Origin: a virus
Virus record (IMG/VR): IMGVR_UViG_3300024346_006511
Coordinates: 32,001-96,000 of that record
Strand: one strand, 5' to 3'
Length of the DNA stretch: 64,000 nucleotides
Under the pieces are notes generated by a model. The model searched no databases. It had not been told where the DNA came from and was given only the letters and a program-made list of their open reading frames with translations. Position numbers and translations under genes: made by a program. Positions 36,300 to 44,013 of the stretch are shown one piece after another. How positions within the stretch are numbered: position 1 is the stretch's first letter; each line of letters begins with the position of its first letter.

Positions 36300-37078
36300 T
36301 ATACTTCTCTTTGATCTTCAAACGCAATAATATGCGGTCTCCAGGTTAATCTATATCCATTATCTCTAACCCAATCAAACATGACTGGATAAGACTTTTG
36401 TAATGCTGCTCGAGTATCCCCAGCAGGCATAAACCATACTTTATCCTTAGGTGCATCCAATTGCTCTATACAGTCCATAATCTCTTCTAATGCTCCTTCG
36501 TCTTTCCCGTCCCATACAGGCTTTAAATGGTAGTCTGAATGGTATGCAATGCTTTCTTTTATAGCAGGGTAATTAAGTCTAAACTTATTATGCTGCTTTA
36601 TCATTTTCTCATCTGTAATCTTTCCTTCAGGAGTTTCGACACCGAGTACAGGTACCGAATTGCTGAACTTCGGACTGATTGAAAGTAGATTAATAGGATA
36701 ATCAGTAGGTAGAAAATGGCTACCTTCATTCTCCATAGTAATGAAGATATTTCTTTCATTTGCTAAATGTGTTAATTCGTTTACTAGTTTCTTATGCATA
36801 GAAGGACTTCCTCCTGTTAACATCATTTCTGATATATGAGGATTATCGTCATATGCTTTTATAATATCATTAAATGAGTATTTTCCTTTTTCTGGATGTA
36901 TAGAAGTATACCAGCTATCACACCATCCACCTTCTCCGAAATAACACCTATGAGTACAGCCAGTAGTCCTAATAACCACTGTAGGATAACCTGCTCTGGA
37001 TCCTTCTGATTGTACTGCCGTGTATATTTCAACGATCGGTAAGTTTTTATCGTAATCTTCTATTCTACCTAGGCTCAT
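36299..37078 (-). CDS. queE: 7-carboxy-7-deazaguanine synthase (radical SAM)
   Basis: [38 protein letters not shown]. Confidence 0.9.
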   Translation of the reverse strand: MSLGRIEDYDKNLPIVEIYTAVQSEGSRAGYPTVVIRTTGCTHRCYFGEGGWCDSWYTSIHPEKGKYSFNDIIKAYDDNPHISEMMLTGGSPSMHKKLVNELTHLANERNIFITMENEGSHFLPTDYPINLLSISPKFSNSVPVLGVETPEGKITDEKMIKQHNKFRLNYPAIKESIAYHSDYHLKPVWDGKDEGALEEIMDCIEQLDAPKDKVWFMPAGDTRAALQKSYPVMFDWVRDNGYRLTWRPHIIAFEDQREV

Positions 37079-37535
37079 ATAATGCTGTGTTTTTACCGTG
37101 TTCTCTAAATTCAACTTTAGCTAGCTTTACCCTGCCGTCTGTCTCTTCTAACAAAAATGGATTAATTTTATTGTAGAGGTACTCTGCAAATTTCTCTGCT
37201 CCTACTGCTTCAATTACTCTTAGCTGAATAGTGCCGTTTCTATCTAATTTTTTGAAGTACCCGGCAAGTTGAGGATCATCTTCCGCAATTATAACCGTAT
37301 GATCAAACATATAGTCCATCCATGCTTTAGGAGACATTCCGTCTATCGTAGCTTTAGCTCTTTTCATGCCTCCAAAGTCCCATACCCAGTTCCTATCATC
37401 TAATTCTCCTTCAAACCATAGTTTAAAAGATACTCCGTACCCATGTAAGAATCTACAGTGAGTAGTTTCTGCTTTCCATTGTCTAAAACAAGTACTAAAC
37501 CCGTCAAAGACTTTTGTTGATTGAAATTTTCCCAT
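37065..37535 (-). CDS. queD: 6-carboxytetrahydropterin synthase
   Basis: HCRFLHGY, WVWDFG, FDH, GAE, EFREHGKN. Confidence 0.9.
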   Translation of the reverse strand: MGKFQSTKVFDGFSTCFRQWKAETTHCRFLHGYGVSFKLWFEGELDDRNWVWDFGGMKRAKATIDGMSPKAWMDYMFDHTVIIAEDDPQLAGYFKKLDRNGTIQLRVIEAVGAEKFAEYLYNKINPFLLEETDGRVKLAKVEFREHGKNTALYEPR

Positions 37536-37545
37536 AACTTATTTT

Positions 37546-37785
37546 TTAAACTAATTCTTCTATAATTCCTATTCCTTCACTTAATATAAGTAAACCTACT
37601 GCTAAATCTAAACTATAGCATAATGCAGCATAACCTAAAATACGGATAGCTGATTTAATAAATGAAATTGTTTGGTGTAATTTTGGATCTGGTACTTTCT
37701 GACCATTGATCTCAAGAGAGGCATTATTCTCTCTTTCTTCTCTATTATAGAGTTCTTGCATAACCTTTTTTTCTAATTTTTTCAT
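37546..37785 (-). CDS. small hypothetical membrane-associated protein
   Basis: HQTISFIKSAIRILGY...EGIGIIEELV; first gene of the queD operon. Confidence 0.75.
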   Translation of the reverse strand: MKKLEKKVMQELYNREERENNASLEINGQKVPDPKLHQTISFIKSAIRILGYAALCYSLDLAVGLLILSEGIGIIEELV

Positions 37786-37814
37786 AAGTGTTTTTAAAGT
37801 GGTACTACGACACT
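37786..37814 (-). promoter_or_regulatory. preQ1 class I riboswitch-like aptamer (leader of hyp-queD-queE operon)
   Basis: AGUG-UCGUAGUAC-CACU-UU-AAAAACAC directly before ATG. Confidence 0.75.
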
Positions 37815-37830
37815 ATAGTCATATATATAT

Positions 37831-37860
37831 AATATAAGAACTTTTTATTTCATAAGCAAC
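37831..37860 (-). promoter_or_regulatory. early/middle promoter motif
   Basis: GTTG-N18-CTTATATT. Confidence 0.7.
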
Positions 37861-37861
37861 T

Positions 37862-39157
37862 CTATAATGGTAAAGTTGAACCTGTAATTACTACTTTCCA
37901 GTTATTTCCGTCATAGAAAGCTAATGTACTTCCAGTTACTGCTAATGATCCGGTATTTACATTAGTCGGTAAAGTTGCACTAGGAGTTAAATTAAGTAAT
38001 GCTGAAGAGCTTACTACTGTCTCTAATGAATCTATTCTGCTTGATTCTATAGCAAAGGAACCTGTTATACTATTAATATTAGCATATCTAGCATCATAAG
38101 GAGTAAAGCCATATCTAGGATCACAGATACTAAATAACTGCACACTACTACTTATAATAATTTTTCCCTGTTTAGTTAAATACGTATTAGCTGCTGAGGA
38201 TGAAAAATTTGTTAATTCAACATCTGAGGTATAATCAGTCAATAAGCCGTCTACTGTACTTTGTATTGAACTAGTAAAGGTTTCTATACTTGTTAACCTT
38301 TCACCATGTAAATACCTCTGTAGTTCATGGTCTTGAAGAATAATATTGGCAGAACCCGTATAATTATTTAATGCAGTAATATCAGATTGCAAGGAAGAGC
38401 TTAAGACTGCAAAAGAACTACTTAATACATAATCTGTCTGTAATGATGCGCTTAATTCTGTAAAAGAACCACTATTAGCATATCTAGCATCATAAGGAGT
38501 AAAACCGTATCTAGGATCACATACCTCAAATAACTGTGCACTACTACTAAGAATAATTTTTCCTGCTTTAGACAAGTAGGTATTAGCTGCTGAAGATGAT
38601 AAATTTGTTAATTGTATATCAGATGCATATTCAGAGTCTAAGGAAGCAATTTGGCTAGCTAAAGAAGCTGAGGTAATTGAAAAAGCACCGGATATTGCAT
38701 TCTTATGTGCTAAAGAACTAGTTGATGCATTAAGAGCTTCTACTGCTGTTGTTAATTGAGCATCGGTTGCAAATGTAGCATCTAACGAAGCACTAAAGTC
38801 TAAAAGTTGAGCGGTTTCTAAAGAAAGAGATTGTGATACTATATCGAGCTGTTCATCTGTAGCGTATGTAGCATCTAAAGAACTAGAAAAGTTTTCTAAG
38901 CTAGTTACTCTAGAAGATACTGCAGTTACATCAACGTCTGTTGCATATATATCATCTATTGAAGAACTAAAAGAATTTAACCTGCTTAATGAAGCAGATA
39001 CATTGGTATGACCAATGATATTTAAAGACCCACTTATTGTTAAGTCTCCCATTGATCCGGAAATTACATTTCCTTTACCGTCTTGTAAGATTGCACCGTC
39101 TACCTGTACAAGTCGTTGGTAGGTTTGATTTATTCTCGTGTCCTTGAAATTCGCCAT
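37862..39157 (-). CDS. Ser-rich repetitive virion fibre-like protein
   Basis: SSLDATYATD-type repeats, SGS motifs, duplicated block; TATTTATA upstream. Confidence 0.7.
   Translation of the reverse strand: MANFKDTRINQTYQRLVQVDGAILQDGKGNVISGSMGDLTISGSLNIIGHTNVSASLSRLNSFSSSIDDIYATDVDVTAVSSRVTSLENFSSSLDATYATDEQLDIVSQSLSLETAQLLDFSASLDATFATDAQLTTAVEALNASTSSLAHKNAISGAFSITSASLASQIASLDSEYASDIQLTNLSSSAANTYLSKAGKIILSSSAQLFEVCDPRYGFTPYDARYANSGSFTELSASLQTDYVLSSSFAVLSSSLQSDITALNNYTGSANIILQDHELQRYLHGERLTSIETFTSSIQSTVDGLLTDYTSDVELTNFSSSAANTYLTKQGKIIISSSVQLFSICDPRYGFTPYDARYANINSITGSFAIESSRIDSLETVVSSSALLNLTPSATLPTNVNTGSLAVTGSTLAFYDGNNWKVVITGSTLPL
38078..38626. repeat. imperfect direct repeat (~150 bp, copies about 38078-38230 and 38474-38626)
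   Basis: Encodes SSSAANTYL.K.GKII.SSS.QLF..CDPRYGFTPYDARYAN twice. Confidence 0.85.
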
Positions 39158-39183
39158 AGTAAGAGTATATTATATAAATAGTA

Positions 39184-39300
39184 CTAGAAATTCTTATAAC
39201 TAAACGGATCCCTTTTTTTCAACTCCTTAATTTTCTTATTGTAGAGTTTATTCTTTTTATAGGTAGTATACCAGTTCTTTATGTAGTTGAATATTTTCAT
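39184..39300 (-). CDS. small basic protein (38 aa; not in ORF track)
   Basis: MKIFNYIKNW...KELKKRDPFSYKNF; ATGA-coupled to the carbamoyltransferase. Confidence 0.6.
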   Translation of the reverse strand: MKIFNYIKNWYTTYKKNKLYNKKIKELKKRDPFSYKNF

Positions 39301-40955
39301 TTTTTTAATACTAAATAATTTCCTAATACCAAGTAATCTATATCACTGTTGAGAAATCTTTTGATTGCTTGGTTAGGTGTTCTTGTTATTGTTTCGTCTT
39401 TTAAGTTAAAAGAGGTATTCAGTAGAACTCCATGTCCTGATAGTCTCTTAAAAGCATCTAACAATAAATAGTACCTTTCATTTTGTTTCTTACTAACAGA
39501 CTGTACTCTTGCTGTACCATCTATATGAGTAGCTGATGGAAATTTATTTAAAGAGCCATTCTTTACCTTTACTACCTGGTTCATATACGGTATTTTGTCT
39601 TTAGTAAGAAAGTATTTAGTTGTATCTTCTTCAATGACAGAAGGAGCGAAAGGTCTAAAACCTTCTCTTTTTTTAATTACTAAATTTAACTTTTCACGCA
39701 TTTTAGGGTTATAAGGTGAAGCTAAAATACTCCTATTACCTAATGCTCTAGCGCCAAATTCCATTCTATCTTGGAACCATGCTACTATCTTATCTGAGTA
39801 CAGTAATTTAGCAACTCTATTCATTAGTTTTTCTTCAGCAAATTCTATAAAATCTACTTTGTCTGAATTAGCTAAAATCTGGTCTAGATATTCCTCTTTT
39901 GTGTAACTATTACCTAAGTAAGGAGAAACATTATCTTTAATCGGGCCTCTGTAATTATTTAAACATGCTCCTATTGCAGAACCAGCATCAGAAGGGGCAA
40001 ATGGTATGTGTATATTATTATAGTGTTTATATGCTTTGTAATTAGCAACACCGTTATAAGCACATCCTCCTCCTAAACATAAATTATCGCTTTTACCTAT
40101 CAGTTTCATTTTATGTACAAACTCTAAGAAAAAATATTCATACACTGCTTGAATTGAAGCTGCTAAGTCCTTATGATCTTGAGTAACCTCTTCTTCTGGA
40201 AGTCTAGGTGATAGGTTTAAAAGTTTTGCAAGCTTAGAATTAAACATTATCTTATCTGTATATTCCCAAGTGTAAAACTTCTGGTTTACTTTAAAACCTG
40301 TTAACTCTATCGTGCTTTTAAGTAAATCAAAATATTTTCCAGGGTTACCATAAGGTGCTAATCCCATCACTTTATATTCCCCTTCATTAGGTTTAAACCC
40401 AAGAAATGCAGTCATAGTTGAATAAAACATACCTAGTGAATTTGGAAACTTATAAGAATGTTTTAATTTTAGTTCTTTTCCTTCACCTTTCCAGAAAGAT
40501 ACTGTTTGCCATTCTCCTACTCCGTCTACTACTAGTATATCTGCTGATTTATATGGGGAAGTAAAGAACGAAAAAGCAGCATGAGATTCATGATGAGGGG
40601 TATAGCTAATTTTACCCTTATACCCTAAATCAAAAAGTAACCTTTTAGGTTTATTTTTTGCGAACTCTTTTCTAAATCTTTTCTTAGTAAAAAAGGTACG
40701 TAATGGGTGTTTGCTAAATATCTTCTCTACCCTATCTCTTTTTAAAGCAGGATCTTCGTACCAGCATACTTCAGAAATATCATCTATACTAGTATTAGTG
40801 CTTTCTAAACAGTATTTAATAGCGTTTAAAGGAAACGAACTATCGTGCTTTAATTCAGTAAATCTTTCTTCTTCTGCTGCTGCTATTACTTTACCATTTT
40901 CAACTATACAAGCTGCAGAATCATGGTAAAATGCTGATATACCTAATTGTATCAT
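39297..40955 (-). CDS. carbamoyltransferase (NodU/CmcH family)
   Basis: YHDSAA, AAEEERF, HHESHA, DGVGE, EYKVMGLAPYG, EFGARALGNRSI, FRPFAP, LNTSFN. Confidence 0.95.
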   Translation of the reverse strand: MIQLGISAFYHDSAACIVENGKVIAAAEEERFTELKHDSSFPLNAIKYCLESTNTSIDDISEVCWYEDPALKRDRVEKIFSKHPLRTFFTKKRFRKEFAKNKPKRLLFDLGYKGKISYTPHHESHAAFSFFTSPYKSADILVVDGVGEWQTVSFWKGEGKELKLKHSYKFPNSLGMFYSTMTAFLGFKPNEGEYKVMGLAPYGNPGKYFDLLKSTIELTGFKVNQKFYTWEYTDKIMFNSKLAKLLNLSPRLPEEEVTQDHKDLAASIQAVYEYFFLEFVHKMKLIGKSDNLCLGGGCAYNGVANYKAYKHYNNIHIPFAPSDAGSAIGACLNNYRGPIKDNVSPYLGNSYTKEEYLDQILANSDKVDFIEFAEEKLMNRVAKLLYSDKIVAWFQDRMEFGARALGNRSILASPYNPKMREKLNLVIKKREGFRPFAPSVIEEDTTKYFLTKDKIPYMNQVVKVKNGSLNKFPSATHIDGTARVQSVSKKQNERYYLLLDAFKRLSGHGVLLNTSFNLKDETITRTPNQAIKRFLNSDIDYLVLGNYLVLKK

Positions 40956-41599
40956 ATTATGCTTCTATTGTTTGTGTCTTTTCTCAATCTATTATTAGGA
41001 TTAGTACGTTCTACGTAAAGTTTCTCATTAAATCCATTTATATCTCTTATTTCGCCAAGTTGTTTTAATCTTATTGAACTATAAGAACTGAACACATCTT
41101 CATACCAAGTAATATCAGTATTTAAATCTAACGATAAAAGTTCTATTTTAGTTTTTTCATTAACGTAAAAATTTATTTTAGCATCGATTTCTTCTTGAGA
41201 AACTTTATAATCAGAACTATACTGTGTCTGAAAATCATTCTTTCCGGATAGTTTAGATCTTTTTTGTGCTATAGCATAGCTCATTGCTTGTGCATTTACA
41301 TCTCTTCTGCTTAAAATTATAACGTGTTTAAACTGCTTTGCAAAATTAAGAAAATAGCTATAAGCATCAGTTGTCTCAGGGTATTGGTGAGTCATACATT
41401 TTACTACCAACTTATCGTCTTTTCCTATATTATCAAAATCTATATCTGAGTAATCTAAGTGAGGAGGAGATAGGAATAGAGGATGCTTAAAAATAGGATT
41501 TAAAGGTTCATGTACTCCTCTATACCCTATACATCTAGCTAAGGTAGTCAATAATGCTGTTGATCCTGATCTTGGATTTGTAATTATAAGTATACTCAT
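40952..41599 (-). CDS. sulfotransferase-like (Stf0-type)
   Basis: PRSGST, HEP, RRDVNAQAMS, YED. Confidence 0.75.
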   Translation of the reverse strand: MSILIITNPRSGSTALLTTLARCIGYRGVHEPLNPIFKHPLFLSPPHLDYSDIDFDNIGKDDKLVVKCMTHQYPETTDAYSYFLNFAKQFKHVIILSRRDVNAQAMSYAIAQKRSKLSGKNDFQTQYSSDYKVSQEEIDAKINFYVNEKTKIELLSLDLNTDITWYEDVFSSYSSIRLKQLGEIRDINGFNEKLYVERTNPNNRLRKDTNNRSII

Positions 41600-41615
41600 A
41601 CCTTATTATATATTG

Positions 41616-41689
41616 TGGAGAATATCGGAGTCGAACCGATGACCTCCTGCGTGCAAGGCAGGCGCTCTAGCCAGCTGAGCTAATCCCCC
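41616..41689 (-). tRNA. tRNA-Ala(UGC)
   Basis: GGGGGATTAGCTCAGCTGGCTAGAGCGCCTGCCTTGCACGCAGGAGGTCATCGGTTCGACTCCGATATTCTCCA; cloverleaf with G3:U70; no encoded CCA. Confidence 0.96.
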
Positions 41690-41695
41690 TACCTG

Positions 41696-41842
41696 CTAAA
41701 TAGTGCGGTTTCTTCTTACTCCGTCCCACTTAGCTTTCCTAGAATTACCCAGCATAGCGTATCTACTTATTCTCTGATTGACATTTGATCTTTCAGAATT
41801 TAACTGGGTATTCCCGTTAGTTGATTGGTCTCGATTATGCAT
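41696..41842 (-). CDS. small hypothetical protein (48 aa; not in ORF track)
   Basis: MHNRDQSTNGNTQLNSER...KWDGVRRNRTI; overlaps the queC stop and exactly fills the gap to the tRNA. Confidence 0.55.
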   Translation of the reverse strand: MHNRDQSTNGNTQLNSERSNVNQRISRYAMLGNSRKAKWDGVRRNRTI

Positions 41843-42653
41843 ATTCTGCTAGTAATTTTGCTACATGTGTTTTCGCAACTTCATAATCAACTGGTCCAGT
41901 TTCGTCTTCATATTGAACGGGATCATTAACACCCAAATCAATGAATGCTTCAATACGTTCAACTGATGAAGCGCTTTTGTAGTCAGAGTTTCCACTTGGA
42001 TATGGTTTGTACGAGGTATTCGTTCTTTTGTATACTTCGTTAAAATCCAATTCCAATTCTTTAATGAGTTTCTGTCCATCTTTTAAGATTCCTAGTTTAT
42101 CTGTATCTAAATAAGGAGTAAAATACCCTACTTTCTCAGCTTCCCAATTACCTAATCTAAAGGCATTATCGTCAGCATCTCTAAACTCTTGTCTACAGTC
42201 AGGATAGATTGCATGATCACCAGCATGAATTCCTAATGCGATATCTGTATCGTTACCATTAGATGTAGCTGCTGATAATGCTACTGCTTGTACTAAAGAA
42301 GCAAATATCTTGTTCCTATTAGGTACTACTGTAGCTTTCATGTTATCTTCTTCATAATGACCTTCCGGTACATCTTCTCCTCCTTCAGTTAGTGCTGAAT
42401 TTAGTAAGTTAACTAAACCGTCTAGTTTAATAACTTGATAGTTAATCTTGCAACCTCCGAAACATTCGTTATCAGAAGGGCAAGTCTCATTAATATAATT
42501 TACTAATGATTGTGCTCTTTCTAGCTCAACTCTATGCTTCTGACCGTAATCAAAAGATATAGCAGTTACTTGATCGTACTCTTTTAAACATCTGAGTAAT
42601 AATGTAGAGGAGTCCATCCCTCCGCTTAGACTTACAACAACATTTTTTGCCAT
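41835..42653 (-). CDS. queC: 7-cyano-7-deazaguanine synthase (Cys-less zinc-site variant)
   Basis: SLSGGMDS, FDYGQKH, TVVPNRN, HAGDHAIYPDCR. Confidence 0.92.
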   Translation of the reverse strand: MAKNVVVSLSGGMDSSTLLLRCLKEYDQVTAISFDYGQKHRVELERAQSLVNYINETCPSDNECFGGCKINYQVIKLDGLVNLLNSALTEGGEDVPEGHYEEDNMKATVVPNRNKIFASLVQAVALSAATSNGNDTDIALGIHAGDHAIYPDCRQEFRDADDNAFRLGNWEAEKVGYFTPYLDTDKLGILKDGQKLIKELELDFNEVYKRTNTSYKPYPSGNSDYKSASSVERIEAFIDLGVNDPVQYEDETGPVDYEVAKTHVAKLLAEYA

Positions 42654-42702
42654 CTTAATTATATTTAAAAATTGCCAGGTATTAAAAACGTATAGGCGAA
42701 CG

Positions 42703-43005
42703 TTATTCTAATATAGAAGATAAGGAATTTCCTATTGTCTTCCAACGGTCTGCATATTCTTTTAATGAATATACTTTTTTATTAGGGTCTCCATTAAGTA
42801 ATTCTCTTGCAACTGTTTTCAGTGCTGCTCCAAAATTACCTGGGTAAGAGACTGTCTTAATGTAAGGAGTATCGTTGTCTCCTTTAATAACTCTTTCATA
42901 AACTGTAAATCCACCACTAGCAGATTTAGAGATGAAAAATGGTTCCATAACAGGATCTTTTACGATCGTATCTGTAGAGGGTATTGAATCTGGTTTTCGT
43001 AACAT
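42703..43005 (-). CDS. hypothetical protein
   Basis: ORF in operon. Confidence 0.75.
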   Translation of the reverse strand: MLRKPDSIPSTDTIVKDPVMEPFFISKSASGGFTVYERVIKGDNDTPYIKTVSYPGNFGAALKTVARELLNGDPNKKVYSLKEYADRWKTIGNSLSSILE

Positions 43006-43006
43006 A

Positions 43007-43270
43007 TTAAAATAAAATTAATTCTTTAAGGTTTTGTGAAGTCTGAAGTCCTACATGTTTCGATGTATCTCCGTTTTCTTGAATAATGACTGTAGTAGGT
43101 ACAGATCTAACTTGATACTCAGCTGCTAAGCCTTTTGTATCACTATCAATATCTACTTCAATGTATTCTACTCCGTCTGTGATTTCTTCTTTGACCTTGT
43201 TCCATACCGGAGCGTAAGATCTACATGGTCCGCACCATGAAGCACTAAACTTAATTGCTTTTTTTGCCAT
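43007..43270 (-). CDS. trxA: thioredoxin
   Basis: FSASWCGPC, VRSVPT; start re-placed to MAKKA. Confidence 0.92.
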   Translation of the reverse strand: MAKKAIKFSASWCGPCRSYAPVWNKVKEEITDGVEYIEVDIDSDTKGLAAEYQVRSVPTTVIIQENGDTSKHVGLQTSQNLKELILF

Positions 43271-43409
43271 ATCTATTTTTCTTTTTGTAATGATCTGCTT
43301 TAGAAAATTTAGAAGTACGTTTACCTTCTTGTACAGGAGCACCTTTCTTAAAGGTTACTAACCATTCTTTTAATTGTGTAATTCTTTGCTTTGCGCTGTT
43401 TTTTGACAT
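43251..43409 (-). CDS. small basic protein (52 aa; not in ORF track)
   Basis: MSKNSAKQRITQLKEWL...RYGKKSN; directly after a promoter motif. Confidence 0.65.
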   Translation of the reverse strand: MSKNSAKQRITQLKEWLVTFKKGAPVQEGKRTSKFSKADHYKKKNRYGKKSN

Positions 43410-43429
43410 ATAACTATTTGTTTTATTAT

Positions 43430-43459
43430 AAGATACGAAAATCCTTTCGTAAAACCAAC
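43430..43459 (-). promoter_or_regulatory. early/middle promoter motif
   Basis: GTTG-N18-CGTATCTT. Confidence 0.7.
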
Positions 43460-43460
43460 T

Positions 43461-44000
43461 TTAGTAGTAATTATCTCCCAGTTGAGTCTGTACATACCAA
43501 GTGGTGGTATCATCAAAATCATTGATAGAAATAGTAACAGGATTATTATTAGATAAAGCAGATCCTGTAAAAGCGGCATTTGAGTACCAAGCGGAGAATT
43601 CGTAAGGATAATTCACAGTTGCCGTAAGGGTCAGTGTCGGATGAAGAGCAAAGTTCTGTCTGTTAGTAGTAGGTATTGCAGAAGTTCTTTCAATTGTTCC
43701 TAACACATTAACGGTACTATAATCTCCAGGATATACATCGTAGAATCGTACATTACTAGTAGCTTCCCCTAGAGATCCTGAACCTATATTTGTACATAAG
43801 GTAAGGTTTTTGATAAAAAACTGATTAATATCATCTTCTACTTGAAATTGTAGTCCCTTAAATAAATCTACTCCAGTAAATATACCACTTGATGAAACAC
43901 TACTAGTAAGTAAGTTACTAGCGGTAATAGCAGTGTGGTATATTTCTAATTCATGCATATCTGCAGAATTGACCGTATTTTGAAGTTTAACTGTTTTCAT
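43461..44000 (-). CDS. hypothetical beta-rich protein, possibly virion-associated
   Basis: S/T/N-rich; TATTTATA upstream. Confidence 0.7.
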   Translation of the reverse strand: MKTVKLQNTVNSADMHELEIYHTAITASNLLTSSVSSSGIFTGVDLFKGLQFQVEDDINQFFIKNLTLCTNIGSGSLGEATSNVRFYDVYPGDYSTVNVLGTIERTSAIPTTNRQNFALHPTLTLTATVNYPYEFSAWYSNAAFTGSALSNNNPVTISINDFDDTTTWYVQTQLGDNYY

Positions 44001-44013
44001 TACTTATAAATAG

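Noticed and set aside
37862-39157. N-x-S/T sequons in the fibre-like protein as a glycosylation signal
   Set aside because: About eight sequons is roughly what its high Ser/Thr content would give by chance.
41742-41813. AATTACCCAG...CTGGGTATT inverted repeat upstream of tRNA-Ala as an ncRNA
   Set aside because: The interval is fully explained by a 48-aa ORF; the pairing may be incidental.
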